A DNA stretch of 64,000 nt from an uncultured Alphaproteobacteria bacterium (GCA_963817495.1 CAWFOS010000003.1:18433-82432); one strand, 5' to 3'. Numbered from the stretch's first letter, positions 43,246 through 54,647 are shown. A program made the numbers and translations. Notes: generated by a model not told the origin, from the sequence alone.

Positions 43246-45150
43246 CTAAATCGCCACCTCGCGGCCGATTTCCACCACGTCGTTGCGGGGAAGCTTGAAG
43301 AAGTCGGTGACCTTGGCCTCATTCCGGTCCATGGCGGAGAAGAGGCTGACTTGCCATACCGGAAGTCCTTCGCCGTCTTCCCTGGACATCACGGTTTCGT
43401 GCCCGATATAATAGGTCACGTCCTCCAGGGAAATGCTGCAGCCCTTCTCCTCCGCCTCGCGAAGAGTCGCTGGGATGTCCGGCCGCTCCATGAAACCGAA
43501 GTGCGCTGTTGCGCGCCAAAAGTTCGGAGCCTCCTGTGTGAAGCGCAGCCGGTCCTCATTTCGCACCCAGGGAACCGGCTCTATCGAGACGTTGAGGACC
43601 ATGACGCGCTCGTGCAGAGCGCGATTATGATAAACGTGCCAAGCCATCACCGGCGGCACACCCGTTATTGAGCGCGTCAGAAAGACCGCCGTTCCAGGCA
43701 CGCGGGGCACTCCCTTTTTCTCAAGGCCCGCCATGAAGTCTTCAACCGGGATGTGCTCTTCCGTGATTGCCTTCGTGACGGCTGCCCGTCCGGAATGCCA
43801 CAGCCACATGACGCCATAGATGAGCGCGGCGAGCGCCAGAGGAACGTAGCCGCCCTCGGCGATCTTGGCGGCGTTCGAAAGGAAAAACGCGCTGTCCACA
43901 ATGAGGAAGCCCCCGGCCACGGCCGCGCTCAGCGGCAAACTCCAGCGAAGGTACTGGCGCATCGCCATGTAAAGAAGCACCGAGGTCATGAGCATGGTTG
44001 CCGAGACCGCGATGCCGTAGGCCGCAGCGAGATTATCCGATTTCCGGAAGACGAGCGTCAGGCCGATCGTCACGATCATCATGAGCCAGTTCACGGTGCC
44101 GACATAGATCTGCCCGTAGCCAAGCGCGGAGGTCTGGGTGATGCGAAGGCGCGGCAGCCAGCCAAGCTGCATGGCCTGCCGTGTCATGGAGAAAGCGCCC
44201 GTGATAATGGATTGGCTCGCGATAATGGTCGCGACGGTGGCGAGCACGACGAAGGGCGCAAGCAGGCTCTGCGGGCACAGTGCATAGAAGATGTTCCCGC
44301 CGATGGGCGTTCCGTTCAGCACGAGCGCCGTCTGGCCTGCATAGTTGAGAACGAGGCAGGGCAAGACCACAAAGGACCAGGCAAGCTGGATGGGACGGCG
44401 GCCGAAATGGCCCATGTCCGCGTAAAGCGCCTCGGCTCCCGTGACACAGAGAAAAACCGCGCCAAGGACGAGAAAAGAGGTGAAGCCGCCAGAAAAGAGA
44501 TATCGGAGGCCATAGGCGGGATTGAGCCCGGCAAGCACGGACGGGTTTTGAGCAATTCCCCAAAGTCCGAGCAAGCCGATCGAAACGAACCAGACCGCCA
44601 TGATCGGCCCGAACATCTTTCCGATCTTCTCCGTCCCTCGCGGCTGGACAAGAAACAGAAGGACGAGAATGGCAACCGTCATGGGGACGATATAGGGGTC
44701 GAACCAGTTCGTCAGGGTCGAAAGGCCCTCGAGCGCCGACAACACCGAGATCGCGGGCGTGATCGCGCCATCGCCATAGATCAGGGCCGCGCCGAACAAG
44801 CCGAATGCGATGATCGTGGAGCGCTGCTTGTCTCGCCCCGCAAGCAGCGCCATTAGCGCCATGATGCCGCCTTCGCCGTCATTGTCGACGCGCATGGCGA
44901 CCGACACGTACTTGATCGACGTGATGATGATCAAGGTCCAGAAAATGAGCGAAAGGCTGCCAAGCGCGACGGCGCGATCGAGCGCCTCGGTTCCGCTCAC
45001 GCTCAGCACGGTTTTCAGCGTGTAGAGCGGGCTTGTGCCGATGTCGCCGAACACGACGCCCAGGGCCGAGACGGCCATTACGCCGAGGCCGCCGGAAACA
45101 GGCGTGGAAATTCCCCGCCGTGTAGAAAGGGGCTCGCTCGTTGTGGTCAT
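43246..45150 (-). CDS. kup: KUP/HAK/KT potassium transporter
   Basis: GVVFGDIGTSPLY, DNDGEGG, GDGAITPAISVLSA, TGAEALYADMGHFG, GQIY. Confidence 0.97.
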   Translation of the reverse strand: MTTTSEPLSTRRGISTPVSGGLGVMAVSALGVVFGDIGTSPLYTLKTVLSVSGTEALDRAVALGSLSLIFWTLIIITSIKYVSVAMRVDNDGEGGIMALMALLAGRDKQRSTIIAFGLFGAALIYGDGAITPAISVLSALEGLSTLTNWFDPYIVPMTVAILVLLFLVQPRGTEKIGKMFGPIMAVWFVSIGLLGLWGIAQNPSVLAGLNPAYGLRYLFSGGFTSFLVLGAVFLCVTGAEALYADMGHFGRRPIQLAWSFVVLPCLVLNYAGQTALVLNGTPIGGNIFYALCPQSLLAPFVVLATVATIIASQSIITGAFSMTRQAMQLGWLPRLRITQTSALGYGQIYVGTVNWLMMIVTIGLTLVFRKSDNLAAAYGIAVSATMLMTSVLLYMAMRQYLRWSLPLSAAVAGGFLIVDSAFFLSNAAKIAEGGYVPLALAALIYGVMWLWHSGRAAVTKAITEEHIPVEDFMAGLEKKGVPRVPGTAVFLTRSITGVPPVMAWHVYHNRALHERVMVLNVSIEPVPWVRNEDRLRFTQEAPNFWRATAHFGFMERPDIPATLREAEEKGCSISLEDVTYYIGHETVMSREDGEGLPVWQVSLFSAMDRNEAKVTDFFKLPRNDVVEIGREVAI

Positions 45151-45261
45151 TCATTGATCCCATTCTTTGGACTGTGCGCAATGTGGAGCCATAGCATTGG
45201 ATAGTAGCACCACTATTAAGTCTCAACTCCTACTCAAACCGCACCCCTTAAGGTCCAGGAC

Positions 45262-46587
45262 ATGACCACGAACTCGCCCGCGGTGTTGTGTTCATTGCTT
45301 TACACCTTACGAGGCGGCTTTCTCATCCGGCCTTTCGTCATTGTTTTTTTGCTAGGAACCGCAGGTGCGGTTCTATCCGCGATCGAGGAGCAGTATCCGG
45401 CCATCCAGGCCATCGTTCCGTGGACCTTGTTTCCTTCGCACGCCGACCCTCAGGTGGCGCAGGCGATCCTCACAACTATCGCGACTGCGACCATGACGGT
45501 CGTCTCCATTGTTTTCGCCATTCTGCTGATGACCTTAACCTTGGCGTCCACGCAGTTTTCGCCGCGCATTCTCGTCAGCTTCATGCGAGATCAGGTGACG
45601 CAATGGACGCTCGGAATTTTTCTTGGGACGTTCTCCTATTGCATCGCGGCACTTCCTGCCGCACGTTCGCTTCCTTCGCCGTTCGTGCCAGTTGTGACGG
45701 TCGTAGGTGCCATGGCGCTGGCGCCGACCTGCGTCGGGTGGCTCATCTATTTCATTCACCACATTTCGGTTGCCATCAGCGTCAACACCATCATCGACCG
45801 CATCAGGCGCGAAACCGAAGAGGTCATCGACGAGCTGATGCCTTATCCGCGCCGGGCGGTAAATATGGAAGCGAGGGATGGCGCAATACCGGCCGACCTC
45901 GATTGCGCGGTCACGAGCCGGGAGTCGGGTTACATCCGATATGTCGACATCGGCCGCCTTCGCTCGCTCGCCAAAGCTTACGGGATTTGCGTCCGGTTGG
46001 AGCGGCGGGTCGGCCACTTCATTGCCGAGGGCGTTCCGCTTCCCAAGACGACGCGCGGCGGCCGCATCACGAACGAGCGCGCGCTGGAGTTGCTGGCCGC
46101 CATCGATATCGGGCCAAGGCGGACCTTGCAGCAGGACGTGGAATTCGGGATCGTGCAGATCGTCGATATTGCCTTGAGGGCGATGTCGCCCGCGGTCAAC
46201 GATCCGAGTACGGCGCTTAGCTGCGTCGATCAGTTGAGCTGCATCCTCATCCGCTGGCTCAGCAGAGAAGCTCCGCGCAGCACCTACTACGATCCGCCGC
46301 ATGTGTTGCGCGTCGTGGTGCCTTGGATCAAGTTTGAAGGGCTGCTCGATCTGGCCTTCGAGCAAATCCGTCATTATGCGGCCGCTGACGCGGCGGTGAG
46401 CCTGAGGCTCATGCGCGCTCTTAGCGATATCGCAAGCACGGTCAGCGACCCGGGCACGCGCCTTCTCTTGCTTGAGCGCGGCGAGCGATTGCTGAGGGGC
46501 TGTGAAGGCAGGCTTCAGAAGGACGATCTTGAGCGGTTGAGGGGGCGGCTGCAGCTGTTGAGCCCTTGTTCAGGTGCGGAAGATTAG
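45262..46587 (+). CDS. DUF2254-family membrane protein
   Basis: LASTQFSPR, GIFLGTF, SGYI, RTLQQDVEFG..QIVDIALRAMSPAVNDPSTA, AFEQIRHY. Confidence 0.88.
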   Translation: MTTNSPAVLCSLLYTLRGGFLIRPFVIVFLLGTAGAVLSAIEEQYPAIQAIVPWTLFPSHADPQVAQAILTTIATATMTVVSIVFAILLMTLTLASTQFSPRILVSFMRDQVTQWTLGIFLGTFSYCIAALPAARSLPSPFVPVVTVVGAMALAPTCVGWLIYFIHHISVAISVNTIIDRIRRETEEVIDELMPYPRRAVNMEARDGAIPADLDCAVTSRESGYIRYVDIGRLRSLAKAYGICVRLERRVGHFIAEGVPLPKTTRGGRITNERALELLAAIDIGPRRTLQQDVEFGIVQIVDIALRAMSPAVNDPSTALSCVDQLSCILIRWLSREAPRSTYYDPPHVLRVVVPWIKFEGLLDLAFEQIRHYAAADAAVSLRLMRALSDIASTVSDPGTRLLLLERGERLLRGCEGRLQKDDLERLRGRLQLLSPCSGAED

Positions 46588-46790
46588 GCCGGGTCCTCAG
46601 CGTAAAATGCTCTGCGCTGCGCTATCAGGGACTCTTCATGAATCAGCGCGGCATTCTTGAGCCTGAACACCGAATCAACCCTGAGGGCCTTGATAATCGT
46701 CCGAGCCCGCAGACCCGCTCAAAGCATTTCTTTAGAATAAAATGGCGTCGTGATACGCAACCGAACGCCATTTCATTCGAGGGAGTGTCG

Positions 46791-49526
46791 ATGCGAGAAA
46801 GTCGCCCTTCACCGGAAGCTTTGCTCGAGCTTGCTCGCGGCGAGCAGCCCGGGCGTGGCCACTTGAAGATCTTCCTTGGCGCTGCTCCGGGCGTTGGCAA
46901 GACCTACGAAATGCTCCTCTCCGGCCGAGCGAGGCTCTCCGGTGGAGACGATGTTGTGGCTGGCATTGTCGAGACCCATGGCCGGGCCGAAACCGGAGCG
47001 CTGCTCGAGGGCTTTGAGATCATCCCGCGCAAGTCAATCGATTATAAAGGGCGTTTGCTCGACGAAATGGATCTCGACGCCGTTCTTACTCGGCGCCCGA
47101 AACTGGCGCTTGTCGATGAACTCGCCCACACGAATGCGCCTGGCAGCCGGCACCCCAAGCGCTATCTCGACGTGGAAGAGCTGCTCGCCGCCGGGATCGA
47201 TGTCTATACGACACTGAACATTCAGCACGTCGAAAGCCTGAACGACGTTGTCGAGCAGATTACCGGCATCCGCGTCCGGGAAACGGTTCCCGATTCCATC
47301 CTTGACCGAGCCGACGATATCGAGGTTATCGACCTCGCGCCGGACGAGCTGATGCAGCGGCTGCGCGAGGGCAAGGTCTATGTCCCGAAGGAAGCCGAGC
47401 GGGCGCTTAAGAATTACTTCTCGCCGGGCAATTTGACGGCCCTTCGCGAACTCGCGCTTCGGCGCACGGCCCAGCGTGTCGACGAGCAGCTTCTCACGCA
47501 TATGAAGGCCCACGCCATCGAAGGGCCATGGCCAGCCGGCGAACGCGTTCTGGTCTGTATCAGCGAAGATCCTCACTCCGCGGGGCTTGTCCGCTACACG
47601 AAGCGGGTGGCCGACCGGCTGCGGGCGCCCTGGACGGCGCTCTATATCGAGACGCTTCGCAGCCAGGACCTTTCGGTCGTGGAGCGTGACCGCATTGCCG
47701 ATACGCTGCGCCTTGCCGAGCGGCTCGGCGGCGTCGCCGCGACCCTTCCCGCCCGGGGGCGGGTTGCGGACGACATCATCGACTTTGCACGCTCGAACAA
47801 CGTCACCCAGATCGTGATCGGAAAGACGAGCCGCACACGATGGTTCGAGCTCTTGCATGGGTCGGTGGTTCACGACCTCGTCCGGCGCTCGGGCAATATC
47901 AGCGTGCATGTCATCGCGGGCGATGCGCTGAAAGAGGAGGTCATCCCCCGCAAAGCTGTCAGAACCAGCCCCCCCGGAGCGAATATTGCCGGCTATTTCG
48001 CTGGAGCTTGGATGACCGCCGCCTGCGTGATCGCCGCCGAGCTTCTGCAACCCTATTTCGGCGAGAAGACTGTGCCCCTGATTTTTATGATGGGGGTGTT
48101 GAGCGTGGCCTACCTATTTGGTCTCGGCCCATCCATCCTGGCAGCTCTGGCGAGCATGCTCTGCTACAATTTCTTTTTCCTCCCGCCCATATACAGTTTC
48201 ACTATTGCCGACCCACTCAACGCCGCCGCCCTTTTCTTCTTCCTGTTCACGGCCCTTGTCGTTAGCCATCTGACAGCCCGGGTTCGGCGTCAGGCCGATC
48301 TCGCGCGGGACCGCGCCGCAATCACAAGCGCGCTCTATGGCTTCTCGAAGAACCTTGCCAGCAATGCAACGCTCGATGATCTTCTCTGGGCGTCGGCATC
48401 GCAGATCGCGACATCTCTACGGGCGGATGTCATTATTCTGCTGCCTGAGGCGAATGGTAAGCTGAAGATTGCGTCAGCTTATCCGCCTGACGATAGGATC
48501 GACGACACCGACCTTGGCGCCGCCACGTGGTGTTTCGACCATGACCGCTCCGCGGGCCGCGGATCAGACACCTTGCCCGGAGCGCGACGCTTGTTCCTGC
48601 CGCTTCGGACCGGCCGCGGCGTTATTGGTGTGATCGGGCTGGCATCCGGCCGGCGTGCCGACATCATTCTCACACCCGATGAGCGACGGCTCCTGGACGC
48701 TCTTATGGATCAGGCCGCGGTGGCAATCGAGCGGGTCTGGCTTGCCAAGGAAATGGATCACGCACGCGTGGCCGCCGAAGCCGAGCGGCTTCGAGGGGCT
48801 CTGCTGACGTCTCTTTCGCATGACCTGAAAACGCCCCTTGCCTCGATTGTTGGCGCTGCGACTTCGCTTTGCGACTATGGAGAACGCCTCGATGCCAAGG
48901 GCCGGCTGGAACTCGCCAAGACCATTGAGGAGGAGGGCGCTCGCATGGCCCGTTTCGTCGGCAACCTTCTCGATATGACCCGGCTCGAGGCGGGTTCCGT
49001 TCAGCTCACGCGCGAGGCAACTGATATTTCCGATGTCATCGGCACCGCCGTGCACCGGACAGAAAAGCTTCTCAAAGACTTCAAGATCCGCATGGATATC
49101 GAGCCGGACCTGCCTCTTCTGGAACTCGACCAGATGCTCACGGAGCAGGTTTTGGTCAACCTTCTGGACAACGCTGCGAAATATGCTCCGCCATCCTCCA
49201 CCATCACAATCCGCGCGCGTAGGAGTGAGGGCGTTGTCTGGCTTCAGGTCATAGACGAAGGCCCAGGCATTCCCCAGGACCAGCTCGACTTGATCTTCGA
49301 AAAATTCCATCGTGTGAAGGACCGCGATCATCAACGCGCGGGAACCGGGCTGGGACTGGCGATCTGCCGGGGCTTCGTTGCAGCGATGGGGGGGACGATC
49401 AAGGCAGCCAACCGGGCAGACAGGTCGGGGGCGTTGTTCACTGTAGAGCTACCGATTGCCTCTGCCACGGAAGAGAAACGCGAAGCCGTAGCCGCATCAG
49501 GCCGGATCGGGGATCAATCGCGATAG
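46791..49526 (+). CDS. kdpD: K+-sensing histidine kinase
   Basis: RPSPEALL, KIFLGAAPGVGKTY, VDELAHTN, NIQHVESLND, Usp and 4-TM domains, SHDLKTPL, GTGLGLAI. Confidence 0.96.
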   Translation: MRESRPSPEALLELARGEQPGRGHLKIFLGAAPGVGKTYEMLLSGRARLSGGDDVVAGIVETHGRAETGALLEGFEIIPRKSIDYKGRLLDEMDLDAVLTRRPKLALVDELAHTNAPGSRHPKRYLDVEELLAAGIDVYTTLNIQHVESLNDVVEQITGIRVRETVPDSILDRADDIEVIDLAPDELMQRLREGKVYVPKEAERALKNYFSPGNLTALRELALRRTAQRVDEQLLTHMKAHAIEGPWPAGERVLVCISEDPHSAGLVRYTKRVADRLRAPWTALYIETLRSQDLSVVERDRIADTLRLAERLGGVAATLPARGRVADDIIDFARSNNVTQIVIGKTSRTRWFELLHGSVVHDLVRRSGNISVHVIAGDALKEEVIPRKAVRTSPPGANIAGYFAGAWMTAACVIAAELLQPYFGEKTVPLIFMMGVLSVAYLFGLGPSILAALASMLCYNFFFLPPIYSFTIADPLNAAALFFFLFTALVVSHLTARVRRQADLARDRAAITSALYGFSKNLASNATLDDLLWASASQIATSLRADVIILLPEANGKLKIASAYPPDDRIDDTDLGAATWCFDHDRSAGRGSDTLPGARRLFLPLRTGRGVIGVIGLASGRRADIILTPDERRLLDALMDQAAVAIERVWLAKEMDHARVAAEAERLRGALLTSLSHDLKTPLASIVGAATSLCDYGERLDAKGRLELAKTIEEEGARMARFVGNLLDMTRLEAGSVQLTREATDISDVIGTAVHRTEKLLKDFKIRMDIEPDLPLLELDQMLTEQVLVNLLDNAAKYAPPSSTITIRARRSEGVVWLQVIDEGPGIPQDQLDLIFEKFHRVKDRDHQRAGTGLGLAICRGFVAAMGGTIKAANRADRSGALFTVELPIASATEEKREAVAASGRIGDQSR

Positions 49527-49589
49527 GGTCCTGATTGTTGTGGTGGCGACGACAGTCCCGGCCCTTTTTATGCCAGCCGCGAAGCGCTT

Positions 49590-49802
49590 CTATTTTCGCG
49601 GCTTGATCACGACGACGGTGACACGATCCAACATGCAGATCCGATCATCGACCTCCCGCAATGCCGCGTGGCGATTGAGGAACGTTCCGCCCATGCGACC
49701 ATCGCGACTGCTGAGCACACAGTGACCGGCGGCATCCGTTTTAATCGACAGAACAATCGGTCTCCGAGAGTTGTCGAGTGCATCTCCTTTGGAGCTTGCC
49801 AT
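49590..49802 (-). CDS. Small hypothetical protein
   Basis: GHCVLSSRDGRMGGTFLNRHAALR resembles a GGxFxsreaAlr small-protein pattern; conserved promoter module upstream. Confidence 0.5.
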   Translation of the reverse strand: MASSKGDALDNSRRPIVLSIKTDAAGHCVLSSRDGRMGGTFLNRHAALREVDDRICMLDRVTVVVIKPRK

Positions 49803-50207
49803 AGCTTTCGTCCTCATTCACTCGCTTTTGTGAGCGCCTGTGAGATGATTGCTACGCCGTATAAAATCCATACCTTTTTCGAGCTGCGCTATCGCTTTAG
49901 CATAGTATCGCGACCACTGATGCGGAAGCCCTGGGCATGTCTTTTAAAATAGATGAAGGCCATTCGAATTATTATTTTCTATATGATTATTTTATATATG
50001 GATGGAGAAGACATCATCGACTTTATATTCTGTGTCTGGGATGATGCACTCCTTTGCGGTTGAGAAGAATACTTAGCGCTTGCAGCCAAAGAGGCTCGGC
50101 GGCACAAGGCTTTCTAGACCTCAATCTCGATCTTGAGAAGACCTTCCCAGGTGCCAAATGACGGTCGGTTCTGGGGCTTGAGCAGAGCCGAGCGATGGGG
50201 GCATTCC

Positions 50208-50321
50208 ATGATTGACATCGCCATCATGCTGCTTGTCATTGCGGGCTTCATTGCTCTTCATTTTTACGCCCGTGCCTGTCGCGCCCTTATCCGGAGCCTG
50301 GATGGGGAGGGGCAGGCATGA
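50208..50321 (+). CDS. Single-TM small peptide preceding kdpA (KdpF-like position)
   Basis: [27 protein letters not shown]; stop overlaps the kdpA start (ATGA). Confidence 0.65.
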   Translation: MIDIAIMLLVIAGFIALHFYARACRALIRSLDGEGQA

Positions 50322-52027
50322 CTTATATCGGCATAGCGCAAATCACTGTTTTCACGGCCTTGATCGCGGGGCTGACCAAGCCGCTCGGCTGGTACATGGC
50401 CCTTGTTTTTGCTGGCGAACGGACCGTTCTTCGTCCAGTTCTGGGACCGATTGAACGAACGCTGTATTGGATTGCAGGCGTCGATCCAAAAAAGGAGCAG
50501 AGTTGGCTCGACTACGCCTTTTCCTTTCTCGCCTTCAACCTCTTTGGAATCCTGGCGCTGTATGGACTGCAGCGACTGCAGCTTCTGCTGCCGTTCAATC
50601 CCCAGGCCATAACGGCTGTGTCTCCCGATCTCTCTTTGAACACAGCCATCAGCTTCACCACCAATACCAGCTGGCAGTCTTATGCAGGCGAGACAACGCT
50701 CAGCTACCTTTCGCAGATGACGGGGATCACGGTCCAGTCGTTCCTCTCCGCCGCCAGCGGCATCGCCGTCGCCGTTGCGCTTATACGGGGCTTTGCCCGC
50801 CGCCACGCTTCAACCATCGGCAATTTCTGGACAGACATGGTTCGCGCGACGCTTTATGTGCTGCTGCCGATCTGTGCCGTCGCGTCCTTGTTCCTCATCT
50901 GGCAGGGCGTGCCGCAAACGCTCGCCGCTTCCGTTGAGGCAACAACGCTCGAAGGCGGAAAGCAGCTGATCGCGCGCGGCCCCGTAGCCTCACAGATCGC
51001 GATCAAGATGTTGAGCTCCGATGGTGGAGGCTTCTTCAACGCCAATTCGGCTCATCCCTTCGAGAACCCGACGGCGCTTACGAACCTCATTGAAATGGGG
51101 CTCATCTTTTTGATCGGAGCGGCGCTGACCAACACCTTCGGACGCATGATCGGCGACCAGCGTCAAGGGTGGGCGCTCCTCGCCGCTATGGGCATCCTCT
51201 TTCTTTCAGGATCGCTCTGCGTTTACAGCCTCGAAGGCTCCGGCAATCCGAGCCTTGTCCATGCGGCGCTCGATCAAACGGGCGGCAACATGGAAGGCAA
51301 GGAGGTGCGCTTCGGCATCGCCGCGTCTTCGTTGTTCGCGACCGTCACAACCAATTCTTCGAGCGGGGCCGTCAACGCCATGCACGACAGCTTCTTGCCG
51401 CTGTCTGGCGGGCTCTTGATGGCGAATATGATGGTCGACGAGGTCATTGTCGGCGGCGTGGGCTCCGGCCTTTTCGGGATGCTCTTGTTCTGCATCGTCA
51501 CCGTCTTCCTTGGCGGGCTTATGGTCGGCCGAACGCCGGAATATGTCGGCAAGAAGATCCAGGCCGACGAGGTTAAGATGACCATGCTGGCGCTGCTTTG
51601 CGTACCCGGCACGATCCTTTTGCTGGCATCGGTCGCGAGCACGATTGCGCCCGGCCTCGCCGGGATCGCCAATCCAGGACCGCACGGGTTCTCCGAAATC
51701 CTCTATGCCTACACCTCCGCTGCCGCGACCAACGGCAGCGCTTTTGCCGGCCTCAACGCCAACACGCCCTTCTACAATCTGACCCTCGGCTTGGCCATGC
51801 TTCTTGGCCGCTTCCTGGTGATCATCCCAGTGCTCGCGATTGCCGGGTCGCTTGCGGCGAAGCCCATCACGCCGTCCTCCGCTGGGACCTTGCCGACAAC
51901 AGGCGTCCTTTTCGTTGCTCTGCTAACGGGCGTGATCGTGATTGTGGGCGGCCTCACCTTCCTTCCGGCGCTGACGCTTGGCCCGGTGGCGGAGCATTTT
52001 GCGATGCAGGCGGGACTTCTGTTCTGA
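50318..52027 (+). CDS. kdpA: KdpA K+-translocating subunit, variant filter motifs
   Basis: [72 protein letters not shown]. Confidence 0.96.
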   Translation: MTYIGIAQITVFTALIAGLTKPLGWYMALVFAGERTVLRPVLGPIERTLYWIAGVDPKKEQSWLDYAFSFLAFNLFGILALYGLQRLQLLLPFNPQAITAVSPDLSLNTAISFTTNTSWQSYAGETTLSYLSQMTGITVQSFLSAASGIAVAVALIRGFARRHASTIGNFWTDMVRATLYVLLPICAVASLFLIWQGVPQTLAASVEATTLEGGKQLIARGPVASQIAIKMLSSDGGGFFNANSAHPFENPTALTNLIEMGLIFLIGAALTNTFGRMIGDQRQGWALLAAMGILFLSGSLCVYSLEGSGNPSLVHAALDQTGGNMEGKEVRFGIAASSLFATVTTNSSSGAVNAMHDSFLPLSGGLLMANMMVDEVIVGGVGSGLFGMLLFCIVTVFLGGLMVGRTPEYVGKKIQADEVKMTMLALLCVPGTILLLASVASTIAPGLAGIANPGPHGFSEILYAYTSAAATNGSAFAGLNANTPFYNLTLGLAMLLGRFLVIIPVLAIAGSLAAKPITPSSAGTLPTTGVLFVALLTGVIVIVGGLTFLPALTLGPVAEHFAMQAGLLF

Positions 52028-52029
52028 AG

Positions 52030-52261
52030 CAGGCCATTGCGCATTTCGCACGGTGCCGCGTGAAAGTTCCCCGAGCTTTCTTTTTCGATGAAGACGCTGA
52101 TAAAATCGGCGCCGGCGCCGCGTCGCACGCAACCGCGCATAACCCTCCGCGATGAGGCGTTTCATGTGCGCGTGCTGGGAGAAATCAGTCCTGAGTTCGG
52201 ATATGGCGAGGCAACCGTTTAACAGAAGGCCAGCGGCAGCCACAATCTCAAGCGCGGTCAT
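52030..52261 (-). pseudogene. Short N-terminal fragment of a CNNM/DUF21 (hemolysin-like) protein
   Basis: MTALEIVAAAGLLLNGCLAISEL resembles the DUF21 first helix (LLNGFFAMSE). Confidence 0.5.
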
Positions 52262-52428
52262 GGCGATGCTGTCGCCTGCAACGGCAGGACTTGCCGACAA
52301 TTCATGGCGCTGAACGTGCCTTGCCCCGCATATAAATGCGAGCGGGAGGCTTACCGATTTTTATAAAAACCCCATAAAGCCTGGACGCTGTGATTCGAGC
52401 GGAAACCCTCGATGGCGATAGAATGCCG

Positions 52429-53760
52429 TCATTGCATGGAGACGCCTTGTTCTTGGCCGGTCTTGTGAGCGAGGACCCTTTTGATGCGGCTCCCATCCAT
52501 CTCCATGATCTCAAAGTCCCAGGAGCCGTAGGATAGCTGCTCGCCGGGCTTCGGGACATGATCGAGATTCGAAAGCAGGAGCCCCGCAATAGTCACGACG
52601 TCATTCGCAGGCCTCCCCTTGAGCCCCAGCAGCTCTTCGACGTCTGGGATCGGTGTGGCTGCGTCTAAGATAAAAGCTCCGTCATCTCGCCGGATGACCT
52701 TGCCCTCAGGCTTGCAATCGACATCGGGAAGATGTCCGGCAAGAGCCTCCAGCAAATCGGTCCGGGTCAAAACGCCCTGCACGGCTCCGTATTCATCGAC
52801 CACGACCGCCGTGTTCACCGGCGTCTTCCGGAAGAGATCGAGCGTGCGCAGAATGGAAGTGAGCTCGGGCACAATAAGGGGTGCGTGCAAAAGGTCCGTG
52901 ACGTCGACAGGGCGATTGTCGAGGGCCTGGTTCAAGAGGTCCTGTTAGCGTACCACACCGAGGACATCATCCAGTGTCCCTCGGCAAACCAGTAGCTGAG
53001 CGTAGGGACAGTCGCGGATCGTTTTGATCATTGCGTCCTGCTCGCCATCGATGTTAATCCAGACAATATCGGGCCTCGGCGTCATAATCGTCCGCGCGGC
53101 CCTATCGCTGAGGTCAAGCACGTCCTCGATCATCTCGCGCTCTGCTGCGTGGATGAGCCCTGCCTTCTCTCCCTCGATGAGCACGCCGATGATATCCTCG
53201 TCGGTCACGTGACGCTGGAAACCAGGCCGGAAGCCCAGGAAACGGAGGACCGAAACAGTGGACAGGTTTAACAGCCGGACCAGCGGCGCTGCCATCCGGG
53301 TGAACGCGGCAAGCGGCGCGGCCACGCGCATCGCAATCGCCTCCGGATCCTTAAGCGCAATTTGCTTGGGCACGAGTTCGCCGATGACCAGCGAAAAGTA
53401 GGTAACCGCGACCACGACGATGGCCACCGCCACCGGCTTGCTGTACGGGGCAAGCGCCGGGCAGAGGTCGAGCCAGACGTCGAGCCTCTGGGCGAGCGTT
53501 ATGCCGCTGAAAGCGCCCGCCAGAATGCCTATCAATGTCAGCCCGGCTTGCACGGTTGCGAGAAAGCGCCCCGGATCATCGGCAAGAGAGAGCGCGGCTC
53601 GAGCCCCGGAATGCCCCTTTGCCGCGAGTTGCTCCAGGCGCTGTTCCCCAAATGGGGAGGACAGTTGTGGTGAGCCCTGCCGCAAGCGCGAGCGCGCGCC
53701 GACGACTGAGCTCTCTAACATTGGAACCCATGTCAGACCCCTCTTTCTGGGCCGATGCAT
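52429..53760 (-). pseudogene. HlyC/CorC (CNNM-CBS) transporter; frameshift near 52945, degenerate 5' end
   Basis: FLATVQAGLTLIG, GELVPKQIAL, IMTPRPDI, VVDEYGAVQG, TIAG, CorC_HlyC C-terminus. Confidence 0.88.
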
Positions 53761-54289
53761 GATCGCAGCGCGCCTGGCCGACGACCATGCACGCCATTGT
53801 TCAAGCTCAGAGATGAGGGGCCTCCCATATAAAATCCATATTCTTTTCAGGTCTAGTATATGGTTTTTCTATAAAGTCGATGCGTTACTGACTGTCTCTA
53901 CCAAGCCTCATACTACAATGACAGTCTTCATCGGCATTAGAGAACTTGTATACATGGACTTAGAGAGGGAAAACGAGCTCAAATACTGCCACCAACTTAC
54001 TTGAATAAGCAGCGCAACGCGAAGGATACGTCTCGCGAAAGCTTTGCCAATCGGCAAGCGGCCTCCCTCAAGCTTGCGGCTGCCGAGCATGACTCACGCC
54101 TGCGCTTGGCGAGGGGATAGCTGGTCGATGTTTGCCGATCGATTGAATTCGCTGCCGCTGACCGGGCGGGTCGGGCTCTGGAAGCCCGCGGTTTCTTACG
54201 CGTTTGCTTCTGCTTTCGGATCGCCGAGGCAGATATTGTGATCGTGATGAACGGTGTTGGGCCAGGCCAAGAAATAAGTCGTGCGGCGC

Positions 54290-54564
54290 GCCTGCGCCTG
54301 CTCTTGATCGCATCCGCGGCCTAGCGCGCATCCATGCACACCATCGGAAAGCCTATGCTCGTGAGCGAACGGTGCAAATGCGGCGTGAACGGTTCGCTCT
54401 CGATGCCAAGCTTGGCGAGCTTTTCCTGAAAACCCTTCAAGGGTGCGGCTATCGCATCGGGATGCGTGTCCGCCATCCCCCCGCCAGACGATCTTGCCTG
54501 TCTCGTCCACAATGCAAATCGCTGTCGTCTTGCCGCCCACGTCCAATCCTGCAAACATCTTCAT
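54290..54564 (-). pseudogene. 5' remnant of an IS110-family transposase
   Basis: MKMFAGLDVGGKTTAICIVDETG..., GIES, LHRSL..GFPMVCMDAR; frameshifted and truncated. Confidence 0.85.
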
Positions 54565-54647
54565 GCTGCTCTCCTTCCTTCCGGGAATCACAGGCAGAAA
54601 GCCTTTCACTTTCCGCTGGAGGGCTGCAACCTCATGTGCAGGATGTA

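Noticed and set aside
46566-46790. N-terminal extension of KdpD in the ORF track
   Set aside because: Homology begins at MRESRPSPEALL (46791), which has a GAGGGAG RBS
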